DNA from: an uncultured Arcobacter sp.
GTDB taxonomy: Bacteria > Campylobacterota > Campylobacteria > Campylobacterales > Arcobacteraceae
Assembly (NCBI GenBank): GCA_965140705.1
Contig: OZ223300.1
Location: 480,001-544,000 of the forward strand
DNA: 64,000 nucleotides
Direction of reading: 5' to 3'
Part shown: positions 22,292-32,979 of the stretch, in pieces
Layout of the letters: every line of letters starts with the position of its first letter
Position numbering within the stretch: the first letter of the stretch is position 1
Notes under the pieces: generated by a model
Database searches by the model: none
What the model was told of the DNA's origin: nothing
Seen by the model: the letters and a program-made list of their open reading frames with translations, nothing else
Program-made: the position numbers and the translations under genes

Positions 22292-23221
22292 ATGAGTCTA
22301 TTTTTTTTAATTTTACTAAAAGTGTTCCCTATTTATATCAATGTGATTTTAGGATATTTATCTACAAAATATCTTCATGTAAAAAGAGAATCAATAGCAG
22401 CATTACTTATTTATATTTTAGGTCCTATTGTAGTTTTTTCAGCAACTTTAAGTGTTAAGATTAACTTTGCAGTTGCTTTTTTACCTATATTTTTATATAT
22501 ATTTTGTTCGGCTTTAGCTTTTGGCTCACTTTATTTATTTAAAAATTCTTGGTCTGATCCTACAGGAAATATCTTAGCCTTTTCAGCAGGGACAGGAAAT
22601 ACTGGATATTTTGGTATTCCCCTTGCAATTATATTTTTCCCTCCTGCTTTAGCAGATATTTATATTTTTACCGTATTGACTTCTTTGTTGTATGAAAGTA
22701 CTACAGGATTTTATGTGACAGCAAAGGGTAATTTTACAGTTTCGCAAGCTTTAAAGAAAATGTCAAAGTTACCAATTCTTTATGCTTTTATTTTAGGAAT
22801 AATACTAAATTTAGTAGGTTTTGAAATACCTCAAGCTATAAGCTCTTATACTGCGCAATTTAAAGGTGCTTATGGAATCTTAGGAATGATGATGCTTGGT
22901 ATGGGCTTGATTGGTTTAAAAAATAGTGATGATAATTTTGATGTGAAGTTTATCTCTATAACATTTTTTATGAAATTTATTTTTTGGCCTTTAGCAATTG
23001 TAGGATTTATCTATTTAGATAAAACATTTTTCATGTTTTTAAATGAAGATTTATATAAAGTTTTATTTCTTTTTGCAATTGTACCCCTTGCAGGCAATAC
23101 AGTAACTCTAGCGGTGTTATTAAATGCAAAACCAGAAAAGGCAAGTTTGGCTGTGTTTTTAAGTACAGTAGTCTCTGTTATAGCAATACCACTATATATA
23201 TTTTGGTATGGAGGATTTTAA
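22292..23221 (+). CDS. AEC family (Mem_trans) transporter
   Basis: GNTGYFGIPL motif and about 10 TM segments. Confidence 0.88.
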   Translation: MSLFFLILLKVFPIYINVILGYLSTKYLHVKRESIAALLIYILGPIVVFSATLSVKINFAVAFLPIFLYIFCSALAFGSLYLFKNSWSDPTGNILAFSAGTGNTGYFGIPLAIIFFPPALADIYIFTVLTSLLYESTTGFYVTAKGNFTVSQALKKMSKLPILYAFILGIILNLVGFEIPQAISSYTAQFKGAYGILGMMMLGMGLIGLKNSDDNFDVKFISITFFMKFIFWPLAIVGFIYLDKTFFMFLNEDLYKVLFLFAIVPLAGNTVTLAVLLNAKPEKASLAVFLSTVVSVIAIPLYIFWYGGF

Positions 23222-23718
23222 TTAGTATTTAAAATTCTTCTTGCTTTCCAATAGTGAGCTCTCCAATATGGATTTGATAAACTAGATATCATAACTCCAT
23301 GGGATGTTGATACATGCATAAAATCACCATGGCTTAAATATATCCCCACATGTCTAGAGCCTTTTTTATTTGTTAGAAAAAATACTAAATCCCCAGTTTT
23401 TAAATCTTTTTTCTTGACACTTTTCCCACTTCTTGATTGGTATAAGGTAGTTCTTGGGATATTTTTTCTTAATTCTTTTCTATATACATCATAAACTAAA
23501 TAGGAACAATCAATCCCATTTCTATCTTGCCCACCATATTTATAACCCACTCCTTGCCATTGTCTATAGTGAGCAAGTAGAGCATCTGAGACATTTATAT
23601 GATTATATGTAGTATTAGTTTTATATGCAGATAGGGGTTTTGTTGGAGTATAAGGATTTTTTGTAGAACAACCAGTTATTAAAAATAATAAGAAAATTGA
23701 AAAGAATATGGTTTTCAT
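23218..23718 (-). CDS. NlpC/P60 lipoprotein (cell-wall peptidase)
   Basis: Lipobox LITGC, YKYGG, GIDCS, GDLVFF, HVGIY; start placed at MKTIFF. Confidence 0.92.
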   Translation of the reverse strand: MKTIFFSIFLLFLITGCSTKNPYTPTKPLSAYKTNTTYNHINVSDALLAHYRQWQGVGYKYGGQDRNGIDCSYLVYDVYRKELRKNIPRTTLYQSRSGKSVKKKDLKTGDLVFFLTNKKGSRHVGIYLSHGDFMHVSTSHGVMISSLSNPYWRAHYWKARRILNTN

Positions 23719-23775
23719 GATATATCCTAAAAGAATTATGTAATATATCAAAAAAGAGCTAAAGAGTAAAGAGGA

Positions 23776-24255
23776 TTAAAATCCTCTTAGTGTAACTCCT
23801 ATAAAAATTGCAATAACTCCCAATATTATATTTGTAGGTATAAATATTTTTGCTATTGGTTCTAAAGTAGCTTTTGCAAGGGATAATTCACCCTTATCAA
23901 AATATTTTTGAGCTTTTATTCTTTTTATATAAATATAAATAAAGATTAAAGTCATAATAGTCCAAATAATCTCTTTTGCTATTGCAAATTTATATAAAGG
24001 TGTTGCTTTTAGTTCAAGTCCTAAAATCATCATAATTGCAGTAAGTAATAATATTAAAATAGCAGGAATAACCAGGTTAAAAAATCTCTTTAGATTTTCT
24101 AAGGTTCTAGCTAATTTTATCTTAGGCTCTTCTATATTTTGCATAGAGTAATGAATAGCAAATCTAACAGCTATCATTCCTCCTACCCATAATACAGCAG
24201 AAATTACATGTAAAAATATAATTACATCTGGCATTGTTAAAAATAATTCTTTCAT
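23776..24255 (-). CDS. Hypothetical 4-TM membrane protein (CopD-like N-terminus)
   Basis: FLHVISAVLWVGG motif; directly downstream of alaS. Confidence 0.65.
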   Translation of the reverse strand: MKELFLTMPDVIIFLHVISAVLWVGGMIAVRFAIHYSMQNIEEPKIKLARTLENLKRFFNLVIPAILILLLTAIMMILGLELKATPLYKFAIAKEIIWTIMTLIFIYIYIKRIKAQKYFDKGELSLAKATLEPIAKIFIPTNIILGVIAIFIGVTLRGF

Positions 24256-24264
24256 TTTAAAACC

Positions 24265-26817
24265 TTATAAATTCTCTTTTGCATAAGCTAGTGCTTTTGC
24301 TTTTGCCTCATCTACTTTTGATACATCTTTTCCACCAGCTTGTGCGAAGTCAGGTCTACCACCTCCACCTCCACCAACAATTGGAGCAATTTCTTTTATC
24401 CAATTACCAGCTTTGATATTTGTGTTTTTACTTCCAGCTACAAGCATAACTTTGTCATCTTTTGCTTGAATTAAAAGTATTGCTACTTTTTCATTTCCAT
24501 TTTTTGCATCATCAACTATTTTTTTAATATCACCATTTTTTACAATGTCTACTATTACTTTTGTATCACCAATCATCTCTTCAGCTATTGGTGTAGTTGA
24601 AGCACTTTGAGCTTCAATAACTTCTTGTTTTAAAGTTTTAATTTGCTCTTTTAGTTTTTTAATACCAGAAATTACATCACTGTTTTTGATTTCACTTTCT
24701 ATCTCATTCATTTTAGAAATTATAGAATTAGTATATCTAATAGCAGCAGCTCCACAAACAGCTTCTATTCTTCTTACCCCTGCACTAACACCTGATTCTT
24801 TTAAAATATAAAAACTTCCGATATCAAGTGTATTCCTTACATGTGTTCCACCACAAAACTCTACAGAAACATCACCAAAGTTTACAACTCTTACCATATC
24901 TCCATATTTTTCACCAAACATTGCAATAGCACCTCTTTGTTTAGCTTCTTCTATAGGAAGTTCTTCAACACTTCCTTTTAGTCCTCTTGTAATCATAGAG
25001 TTAACTAAATCTTGTACTTCTTCTATTTGCTCAGCTGTCATAGCTTTAGGATAAGTAAAGTCAAATCTTAATCTTGAAGAATCATTTAATGAACCAGCTT
25101 GTGAAACAGTATCACCTAAAACCATTTTAAGTGCACTTTGTAAAAGGTGAGTAGCACTATGATGTTTTGCAACTTCATATCTATTTACTACAACTGCATT
25201 TACTATATCACCTTTTTCTAAACTTGAAGTTTCCACTTTTATTTTTGAAAGATTTATTCCATGGAACTTAGAAGTCTCTTCAATAATTGCAATATGTTGT
25301 TTATCTTCTAAAGCTCCAATGTCTCCACTTTGTCCACCACTTGTAGCATAAAATGGTGTTTTATCAAGCATTATCCAACCAGTTTGTCCCTTTTCTAAAG
25401 AATCAACTTCATTGAATTTTTCATCAAGTAGAGTGACAATTGTACTTTTGTATGAAGTATTCTCATATCCAACAAATTCATTTATCCCATATTTTTCAAG
25501 TAATACTTTAAAATCACCTTCACTAGCTTCATCTCCACTACCTTTCCAAGCAGCTTTAGCTTTAGCTTTTTGTGCATTCATAAGTTTATCAAATGTTTCA
25601 ATATCAACTTTTAAATCTTTTTCTCTTAACATATCTTCTGTTAAGTCTAAAGGGAATCCATAAGTATCATATAATTTGAAGGCAACTTCTCCTGAGAAAA
25701 GCTCTTTTGTATTTACTAATTCGTCATTAAATAAGCTCATTCCTGAAGCAATAGTTTTGAAAAATCTCTCTTCTTCAAGCTCTATTTGTTCTTTTATAAA
25801 TGAAGCTTGCTCTTTTAATTCTGTATAGTGTTCGCCCATCATAGAAATTAATACATCTACAAGTTTTGACATAAATGCTTCTCTAAAGCCTAATAAATAT
25901 CCATGTCTAACAGCACGTCTAAGAATTCTTCTATTTACATAAGGACGACCTTCATTTCCAAATAAAATTCCTTGAGATAGCATAAATGATACAGCTCTTA
26001 AGTGGTCTGCAATTACTCTATATGAACCAATAGTCTCTTTTGTTGGTTGTTTTTTGGCTAATTTAGCTACTTCATTTACAAGTGGTTTGAAATTAGATGA
26101 GTCAAAGTTATTTAAAACACCTTCTTTAATTGCAATAACTCGCTCTAAACCCATTCCTGTATCAATTGATGGCTTTGGAAGTGGAGTTCGAACACCATTA
26201 CTTTGTTCATATTGCATAAATACTAAGTTCCAAATTTCTAAAAATCTATCACCATCTCCACCTAAATAGTCTTCATCACTTCCAAAGTTTTCAACACCTT
26301 GGTCATAAAAAATTTCACTACAAGGACCACATGGACCAGTATCACCCATAGCCCAGAAATTGTCTTTATCTCCAAATCTTTTGATTCTTGTAGGGTCAAT
26401 ATGTTTTTTCCAAATATTAAAAGCTTCATCATCAGTTTCATGTATAGTTACCCATAATTTATCAATAGGTAAGGCTAAATTAACTGTAATAAATTCCCAA
26501 GCATAAGCTATAGCATCTTCTTTAAAATAATCACCAAATGAGAAGTTACCTAACATTTCAAATAATGTATGATGTCGTGCTGTATATCCTACATTTTCTA
26601 AGTCATTATGTTTACCACCAGCTCTAATACACAACTGACATGATGTTGCAGTTGGATTTTTTGGAGCTGGAATAGCACCTGTAAATATGTCTTTAAATTG
26701 AACCATACCTGCATTTGTAAAAAGAAGTGTTGGGTCATCTGGGACTAGTGGCATAGAAGATATTACTTCATGTCCTTTGCTTTTAAAAAAATCTAAATAC
26801 TCTTTTCTGATATCCAT
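24265..26817 (-). CDS. alaS: Alanine--tRNA ligase
   Basis: [54 protein letters not shown]; start at MDIRK. Confidence 0.98.
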   Translation of the reverse strand: MDIRKEYLDFFKSKGHEVISSMPLVPDDPTLLFTNAGMVQFKDIFTGAIPAPKNPTATSCQLCIRAGGKHNDLENVGYTARHHTLFEMLGNFSFGDYFKEDAIAYAWEFITVNLALPIDKLWVTIHETDDEAFNIWKKHIDPTRIKRFGDKDNFWAMGDTGPCGPCSEIFYDQGVENFGSDEDYLGGDGDRFLEIWNLVFMQYEQSNGVRTPLPKPSIDTGMGLERVIAIKEGVLNNFDSSNFKPLVNEVAKLAKKQPTKETIGSYRVIADHLRAVSFMLSQGILFGNEGRPYVNRRILRRAVRHGYLLGFREAFMSKLVDVLISMMGEHYTELKEQASFIKEQIELEEERFFKTIASGMSLFNDELVNTKELFSGEVAFKLYDTYGFPLDLTEDMLREKDLKVDIETFDKLMNAQKAKAKAAWKGSGDEASEGDFKVLLEKYGINEFVGYENTSYKSTIVTLLDEKFNEVDSLEKGQTGWIMLDKTPFYATSGGQSGDIGALEDKQHIAIIEETSKFHGINLSKIKVETSSLEKGDIVNAVVVNRYEVAKHHSATHLLQSALKMVLGDTVSQAGSLNDSSRLRFDFTYPKAMTAEQIEEVQDLVNSMITRGLKGSVEELPIEEAKQRGAIAMFGEKYGDMVRVVNFGDVSVEFCGGTHVRNTLDIGSFYILKESGVSAGVRRIEAVCGAAAIRYTNSIISKMNEIESEIKNSDVISGIKKLKEQIKTLKQEVIEAQSASTTPIAEEMIGDTKVIVDIVKNGDIKKIVDDAKNGNEKVAILLIQAKDDKVMLVAGSKNTNIKAGNWIKEIAPIVGGGGGGRPDFAQAGGKDVSKVDEAKAKALAYAKENL

Positions 26818-26955
26818 GTAAATTTCCAATTATAATTTAAGAGCAAATATTCTAGCTAAAATATAATTTATTAAAGATTATATGTAAAAAAGTACAAGTT
26901 TATTTAAAGTTTAAGTCTGTATAATTTTTGAAATAATACACATAAAGGAACGTTG

Positions 26956-27273
26956 ATGGGTAAATATATAGAATTGACACAAGATAACTTTGAAGCAACA
27001 GTAAAAGAAGGAATCTCAATGGTAGATTTCTGGGCACCATGGTGTGGACCTTGTAGAATGTTAGCTCCAGTAATTGACGAATTAGCTGGTGATTTCGAAG
27101 GAAAAGCAAATATTTGTAAAGTAAATACTGATGAAGAGCAAGATTTAGCTGTTAAATATGGTGTTAGATCTATCCCTACAGTAATTTTTATGAAAGATGG
27201 AGAAGTTGTTGACCAAATGATTGGTGCTGCTTCTAAACAAGCTTTCTCTGATAAAATTAACTCTTTATTATAA
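26956..27273 (+). CDS. trxA: Thioredoxin
   Basis: WAPWCGPC active site. Confidence 0.98.
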   Translation: MGKYIELTQDNFEATVKEGISMVDFWAPWCGPCRMLAPVIDELAGDFEGKANICKVNTDEEQDLAVKYGVRSIPTVIFMKDGEVVDQMIGAASKQAFSDKINSLL

Positions 27274-27294
27274 TATATAATAACAAATACCTCT

Positions 27295-27328
27295 AAAAAG
27301 AGTAAGAGATTTTCTCTTACTCTTTTTT
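27295..27328 (+). terminator. Intrinsic terminator after trxA
   Basis: AAAAAGAGTAAGAGA / TCTCTTACTCTTTTTT. Confidence 0.8.
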
Positions 27329-27455
27329 ATTTCTAACATTAAATTTTCTTTAAAAAAAGATTCTAAAAAATAAAACAATTGCATAATTAATCTATTTTAC
27401 TGTTTAATACGATAAATATTATTAAAGGAAAAAAATTATCCTTTAAAAGTTAAAT

Positions 27456-28389
27456 TAAAAGGAAGAAGAGATGTTAGATTTAGCGATAATCGGAGGCGGA
27501 CCAGCAGGATTAACAGCAGGGTTGTATTCGACAAGAGGTGGATTGAAAAATGTTACTATGTTTGAGATGGGTATGCCAGGAGGACAAATAACAGGAAGTA
27601 GTGAAATAGAGAATTACCCAGGACAAGTAGAAATAGTAAGTGGTATGGATTTGATGGAATCATGGCCAAAACAAGCAATGAGATTTGGATTAAAACATGA
27701 AATGAATCAAGTTTCAAAAGTAACAAAAACAGGTGAAGTATTCACAGTAGAATTGAGTGATGGAACAAAACAAGAAGCAAAATCAGTATTGCTAGCAACA
27801 GGATCAGTTCCAAAAAAAGGTGGATTTAAAGGAGAAGATGAATTCTTCGGAAGAGGAGTATCAACTTGTGCCACTTGTGATGGATTCTTTTATAAAAATA
27901 AAGAAGTAGCAGTAATAGGAGGAGGAGACTCAGCCTTAGAAGAAGCAGTGTACCTTTCAAAAATGTGTTCAAAAGTATATTTAGTGCATAGAAGAGATAC
28001 ATATAGAGCAGCACCAAGTACAATAGAACATATGAAAGCTTGTGAAAATATAGAAGAAGTAACAAATGTAACAGTAGAAGAAGTGTATGGAGATGCAACA
28101 GGAGTACTTGGACTAAAAGTAAAAAGTAAAGAGACAGGTGAGATAAGAGACTTAGCAGTACCAGGAGTATTTACATTCGTAGGAAGAGATGTGTTAAGTG
28201 ATAGCTTAAAACAAGATGATGGAAGTTACCTATGTGAAGTAAATGAAGCAACAGAAGTAGTGGTAGATTTAAAGATGAGAACAAATGTACCAGGATTATA
28301 TGCAGCAGGTGATGTAAGAATAGATGCAGCGAAACAAGTAGTGTGTGCAGCTGCTGATGGTGCTACTGCCGCTGTTAATATTATTGAAT
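27456..28389 (+). repeat. 934-bp direct repeat, copy 1 (RBS plus nearly all of trxB)
   Basis: Matches 38253-39186; I found only 3 differences by eye, all synonymous (28151, 28343, 28370). Confidence 0.96.
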
Positions 28390-28400
28390 ATGTGGGTTAA
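27471..28400 (+). CDS. trxB: Thioredoxin-disulfide reductase, copy 1 (ends ...IEYVG)
   Basis: GGGPAG, CATC redox motif, GGGDSA, HRRD, AAGD. Confidence 0.97.
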   Translation: MLDLAIIGGGPAGLTAGLYSTRGGLKNVTMFEMGMPGGQITGSSEIENYPGQVEIVSGMDLMESWPKQAMRFGLKHEMNQVSKVTKTGEVFTVELSDGTKQEAKSVLLATGSVPKKGGFKGEDEFFGRGVSTCATCDGFFYKNKEVAVIGGGDSALEEAVYLSKMCSKVYLVHRRDTYRAAPSTIEHMKACENIEEVTNVTVEEVYGDATGVLGLKVKSKETGEIRDLAVPGVFTFVGRDVLSDSLKQDDGSYLCEVNEATEVVVDLKMRTNVPGLYAAGDVRIDAAKQVVCAAADGATAAVNIIEYVG

Positions 28401-28436
28401 AATAATTAATAGATTACTCTTTACATAATAAATTAT

Positions 28437-28471
28437 AAAAAAGATAAAGCTTTAACTTTATCTTTTTTTTT
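28437..28471 (+). terminator. Intrinsic terminator after trxB copy 1
   Basis: AAAAAAGATAAAG / CTTTATCTTTTTT followed by a T run. Confidence 0.75.
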
Positions 28472-28506
28472 ACTTAAATACAATACTTAAATATAAAACT
28501 TAAAAA

Positions 28507-28540
28507 ATGTCACACTAATGCCATATGAAACTTATATCAT
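28507..28540 (+). promoter_or_regulatory. Putative OmpR/PhoB-type activator box plus -10 element of the DASS transporter gene
   Basis: ATGTCACACTAATGCCAT (TGTCA/TGCCA at 11-bp period), 10-nt spacer, then TATCAT; same layout as upstream of frdC. Confidence 0.6.
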
Positions 28541-28569
28541 TTCATAAATAACAAAATGAAAGGTTTATT

Positions 28570-29976
28570 ATGAGCAATAGTATGAAAATGGCACTACCAA
28601 TTTTAGTTGCAATCATTGTGGCACTTCTTCCTACACCTGAAGGTTTAGCTGTAAATGCACAATATTTCTTTGCAGTATTTTTAGGAGTAATTGTTGGTTT
28701 GATTTTAGAACCAATTCCACCTGCATTAATAGGTTTAGTAGGTGTTGCTTTTTCTGCAACATTTGGATTAGTTGGTGATAGTGCAAAAGCTTCAGCAAAA
28801 TGGGCTTTAAGTGGGTTCTCTAACGGAGTTATATGGTTGATTTTTGCAGCATTTATGTTTGCTCTTGGTTACAAAAAATCAGGACTTGGTAAAAGAATTG
28901 CATTGATTTTAGTTAAAAAATTAGGTAAAACTACTTTAGGATTAGGATATGCAGTAGCATTTGCAGATGGGGTTCTTGCTCCTTTTATGCCTTCAAATAC
29001 AGCAAGAAGTGCAGGAACAATTTTCCCTATTGCTATTAATATTCCACAAATGTTTGATTCATTACCAGATCATGAACCAAGAAAAATAGGTTCATATATC
29101 TCTTGGGTTGCAATTGCAGCAACTTGTGTGACAAGTTCTATGTTCTTAACAGCACTTGCACCAAATTTACTAGCAGTTTCACTTGTTGAAAAAAACATTG
29201 GTGTTTCAATTAGTTGGGGTAGTTGGTTTGGTACTTTAGCAGTTATTATGATTCCATTGTTTTTACTAGTACCATATCTTGCATATATAGTATATCCACC
29301 AGAACAAAAAGTATCTCCTGAAGCTCCAACATGGGCAGCTAAACAACTTAAAGAGATGGGTTCTATTACTAAAAAAGAAATCACAATGTTATTTTTAGGT
29401 CTTTTGGCTCTTGCAATGTGGATTTTTGGAAGTAAAATTGGAGTAAATAGTACAGTTGCAGCTATTGCGGTACTTTGTTTACTTGTATTATTCGATGTAA
29501 TTAATTGGGAAGATGTAATCACAAATAAAGCAGCTATTAACGTATTTATTTGGTTTGCAACACTTGTAGCCATGGCATCTGGTCTTAAAGAAGTTGGTTA
29601 TTTAAAATGGGCATCTGGATTAATTTCTACTTGGTTAGTTGGATTAGATCCAATAATGATTGGAGTTGTACTATTAGTATTATTCTTCTTATTCCACTAC
29701 TTATTTGCAAGTGTAACTGCACATACAGTAGCATTATTACCATTATTTTTAGGAATAGCAGCAAATTTAGTTCCAGCAGATATGCTTCAACCTCTTGCTA
29801 TTCTTTTTGTAGGGTCATTAGGTCTTATGGGTATCATAACTCCATATGGAACAGGACCATCACCTATTTGGTATGGAGCTGGGTATATTACACAAGCTAC
29901 ATGGTGGAAACTAGGTTTTATTTTTGGAGCTATATATTTAGGAGCGTTAGTTGCTCTTGGATTTGTAATTCTTTAA
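28570..29976 (+). CDS. DASS family anion permease (CitT/TtdT-like di/tricarboxylate antiporter)
   Basis: WALSGFSN..IWLIF, SGLGKRIAL, PSNTAR, SMFLTALAPN, HYLFAS.TAH, TPYGTGP..I.YG.GY. Confidence 0.92.
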   Translation: MSNSMKMALPILVAIIVALLPTPEGLAVNAQYFFAVFLGVIVGLILEPIPPALIGLVGVAFSATFGLVGDSAKASAKWALSGFSNGVIWLIFAAFMFALGYKKSGLGKRIALILVKKLGKTTLGLGYAVAFADGVLAPFMPSNTARSAGTIFPIAINIPQMFDSLPDHEPRKIGSYISWVAIAATCVTSSMFLTALAPNLLAVSLVEKNIGVSISWGSWFGTLAVIMIPLFLLVPYLAYIVYPPEQKVSPEAPTWAAKQLKEMGSITKKEITMLFLGLLALAMWIFGSKIGVNSTVAAIAVLCLLVLFDVINWEDVITNKAAINVFIWFATLVAMASGLKEVGYLKWASGLISTWLVGLDPIMIGVVLLVLFFLFHYLFASVTAHTVALLPLFLGIAANLVPADMLQPLAILFVGSLGLMGIITPYGTGPSPIWYGAGYITQATWWKLGFIFGAIYLGALVALGFVIL

Positions 29977-29984
29977 ATCAAATA

Positions 29985-30023
29985 TCTAAAAAGATGGTGT
30001 CAACTTTGACATCATCTTTTAGA
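29985..30023 (+). terminator. Stem-loop between the DASS gene and the sensor kinase
   Basis: TCTAAAAAGATGGTGTCAA / TTGACATCATCTTTTAGA. Confidence 0.65.
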
Positions 30024-30045
30024 ATGTTTGACTATAATCTCTACT

Positions 30046-32214
30046 ATGAAAAAACTTCTAATAATTTTAGCTTTACAGACATTTCTTTTTGCAAATAGTT
30101 CAATATTAATAATTAACTCATATCATAAAGGATATGAATTTAGTGATAGTATTATAAATGGTATTGAAAAAGTTATATATCCCCACTCTAATATTGACGT
30201 AAATATATTATATATGGATTCTAAAAGAGTTACTTCTAAAGAGTATTATGAAAGTTTAGAAAAACTTTATAGAGTACAATTAAAAAATAGAAAATATGAT
30301 TTAATAATTGCTGTAGATAGATTTGCATATGATTTTGTTTTAGATATTTATAAAGAGTTTTTTGAAAATGAACCAATTCTTGCAGTTGGAATAGAAAATT
30401 TTTCCCAAAAGAAAGCAAAATATTATGGTGTTGAAAATAAAGTATCAGCTCTTCTAGAGAAAAGGGATTTAATAGGTAATGTAGATATTATAAGAACTAT
30501 TTTCCCAAGTATTAGAAAGCTTTACATTATAAATGATAAAAGTTTAAATGCACAACATACTGAACCACTTATTGAAAATCTAATAAAAGACTTTAAAGGT
30601 AAGTTTGATATTGAATATATAATTGAAGATAATTTAGAAATTTTGAAAAAGAAATTTTCCAAAAAAGAAGAGAATAGTGCGGCACTTTTTATAAGGTTTT
30701 ATAAGAATAAAGATGGAAAACTATATAAAAATCAAGAGATAGCAGATTTTATAAAAAATGCACAAATACCTATTTTTGTAACAGATTCAATTTTTATAAA
30801 AAAAGGTGCAACTGGTGGTAAAATAATTGATCTAAATGATTTTGGTAGATTATCAGGTCAAATGGCTTTGGATATATTACATAAAAAATCTCACAAAATA
30901 GTTACATACAAAAATTTAACTTATATCTTTGATTCTCAAAAATTAAGTCAATTTTACCTACCTGTGGATGGTTTATCTATTCCTTACAAATTAATTAATA
31001 AAAGACCTACTTTTTATGAAAAACATAGAGGGTTTATCAATCTTGTATTTACTATTTCTCCTTTGTTACTCTTTCTAATATTAGGACTTATTCACAATAT
31101 TTATATGAGAAAGCAAGTTGAAAAGGACTTAAGAAGAAGAATAGAATTCGATGAAACACTTTTAAATGCAATAGAAAGCCCAATATTTTGGCAGGACTCT
31201 AAAGGTGTAGTTGTTGATTCAAATAATACTTTTTGTAAGCTTTTAGGTATTAAATGCGACGATTTATATGGAAAAAAACTTGAAGATTTTATCGAAAATA
31301 AAAACGTTGAGAAAATTATAAAAGTAATAGCAAATTATAATTTAGATTCAGAAGAAAATAATGAATTTAATTTTACTGATAGTAAGAGAAAAAAGAAAAT
31401 TTATCTTATAAAACAAGAACGATTTAAAGATGAGAAAATGAAATCAGAAGGTTATGTTACTATTTTTACTGATATTACAAAAGAGAGAGAAATAACCATT
31501 GAGAAACAAAAAAATAGACAATTTGTTATTCAACAAAGTAAATTAGCTGAAATTGGTGAAGTATTTTCTTCTATTGCCCATCAATGGAAATCTCCTCTTG
31601 TAGAAATAACAGCAATTGCACAAGAACTTTTTTATTCAAAAAAATGTGGAGAAATAAAAGAAGATGATAGTTTTGTAAAAGATATAATGAATCAAGTATC
31701 ATATATGACAAATACTATAAATGAATTTCAAAAATTTATTATGCCATCCAATAAGAAAATCGACTTTAATATAAAAGAAGCTATTGAGAGAATGCTTGAA
31801 ATTATACATCATAATATAAAATATAATAGTATTAATATAAATTTGGATATAAAAAAAGATACAAATTTGATTGTATATGGGTATAAAAATGAGTTTATGC
31901 AGTCATTTTTGAATATTGTAAATAATGCAAAAGATGCTCTTTTACATAATGATTATAAAAATAGAAAAATAGAAATAAAAGTTTTTAATGAAGATAATCA
32001 GTTAATTATTACAATAAAAGATAACGCTGGTGGAATAAATGATAAAAGTATGGATAAGATTTTTGGAGCATATTATACAACAAAAGAAGATGGACATGGT
32101 ATTGGCTTGTATATGACAAAAGTGATTATAGAAGATAAAATGAATGGTAAAATCTCTGTAGAAAATATAGATGGTGGAGCTATGTTTACTATAAAATTGG
32201 AACAAAATCAATGA
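30046..32214 (+). CDS. Sensor histidine kinase (periplasmic binding-protein-like domain, TM, PAS, HisKA, HATPase)
   Basis: Signal peptide MKKLLII, IINSYHKGY N-terminus, one TM, PAS-like segment, H-box IAHQW, NNAKDA, DNAGG, GHGIGLY. Confidence 0.9.
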   Translation: MKKLLIILALQTFLFANSSILIINSYHKGYEFSDSIINGIEKVIYPHSNIDVNILYMDSKRVTSKEYYESLEKLYRVQLKNRKYDLIIAVDRFAYDFVLDIYKEFFENEPILAVGIENFSQKKAKYYGVENKVSALLEKRDLIGNVDIIRTIFPSIRKLYIINDKSLNAQHTEPLIENLIKDFKGKFDIEYIIEDNLEILKKKFSKKEENSAALFIRFYKNKDGKLYKNQEIADFIKNAQIPIFVTDSIFIKKGATGGKIIDLNDFGRLSGQMALDILHKKSHKIVTYKNLTYIFDSQKLSQFYLPVDGLSIPYKLINKRPTFYEKHRGFINLVFTISPLLLFLILGLIHNIYMRKQVEKDLRRRIEFDETLLNAIESPIFWQDSKGVVVDSNNTFCKLLGIKCDDLYGKKLEDFIENKNVEKIIKVIANYNLDSEENNEFNFTDSKRKKKIYLIKQERFKDEKMKSEGYVTIFTDITKEREITIEKQKNRQFVIQQSKLAEIGEVFSSIAHQWKSPLVEITAIAQELFYSKKCGEIKEDDSFVKDIMNQVSYMTNTINEFQKFIMPSNKKIDFNIKEAIERMLEIIHHNIKYNSININLDIKKDTNLIVYGYKNEFMQSFLNIVNNAKDALLHNDYKNRKIEIKVFNEDNQLIITIKDNAGGINDKSMDKIFGAYYTTKEDGHGIGLYMTKVIIEDKMNGKISVENIDGGAMFTIKLEQNQ

Positions 32215-32867
32215 AAATATTAGTATTAGAAGATAATGAAAGACTTAGTAATGTAATAAAACAAGCTTTAGTTAATGAAAACTATAAAGTTGATTGTTTT
32301 TATGACGGAGAGAAGGCTTCAGCGGCTTTAGGTAATGGATATTCTTGTTTTATTTTAGATATAAATGTTCCAAATTTAGATGGAATATCTATCTTGGAAT
32401 ATATTAGATTTAATCATGCAAAAACACCTGTTATTATAATAAGTTCTAACCATGATTTAGAAAAGGTTCAAACATCTTATGAAAAAGGGTGTGATGATTA
32501 TTTAAAAAAGCCTTTTTATATTTTAGAACTTGTTCAAAAGGTAAAAAAACTCTGTGTTGTGCCTAAGCAATATTTACAATTTGATGAAAATTGTAAATAT
32601 GATTTTATAAACCATAAATTATATAAAGATAATGAAGAGATAGAATTAACAAAAAAAGAGATTTTATTCTTAGAACTTTTTTCAAATAATTTACATCATG
32701 TGGCTACTTATGATGAGCTAGAAGAGTATGTTTGGGAAGGTGAAGAGACTACTTTAGTAAATATTAGATCTATGATAAAAAGATTGAGAAAAAAACTTCC
32801 TGAAGATGGAATTATTATTGTAAAAGGTTTAGGTTATTCTTTAAATAAGGGTGTAAAAATATATTAA
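32211..32867 (+). CDS. OmpR/PhoB family response regulator
   Basis: Receiver (LEDN, ILDINVP, DDYLKKPF) plus winged helix (LTKKE, IKRLRKKL, VKGLGY); ATGA overlap with the kinase. Confidence 0.93.
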   Translation: MKILVLEDNERLSNVIKQALVNENYKVDCFYDGEKASAALGNGYSCFILDINVPNLDGISILEYIRFNHAKTPVIIISSNHDLEKVQTSYEKGCDDYLKKPFYILELVQKVKKLCVVPKQYLQFDENCKYDFINHKLYKDNEEIELTKKEILFLELFSNNLHHVATYDELEEYVWEGEETTLVNIRSMIKRLRKKLPEDGIIIVKGLGYSLNKGVKIY

Positions 32868-32900
32868 AAAAGCCTTGGATAAGATTTATCCAAGGCTTAA
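32866..32900. terminator. Bidirectional terminator between the convergent regulator and frd-fum operon
   Basis: AAGCCTTGGATAA / TTATCCAAGGCTT. Confidence 0.8.
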
Positions 32901-32979
32901 TAACTTAAATTTAAGATGGCTATAAGTGTTTGGTTTTATACTTTTTTTTATGACACCTCCTCAATATAGATTTATATTT

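Noticed and set aside
27826..28098. Leu-rich 90-aa antisense ORF (and its twin at 38623-38895)
   Set aside because: By-product of the A/G-rich skew of trxB on the opposite strand; no independent coding signal.
29070..30098. 167-aa antisense and 163-aa alternative-frame ORFs over the DASS gene
   Set aside because: Shadow ORFs of a well-supported gene with no recognisable motifs. The same applies to the other short overlapping ORFs in the track.
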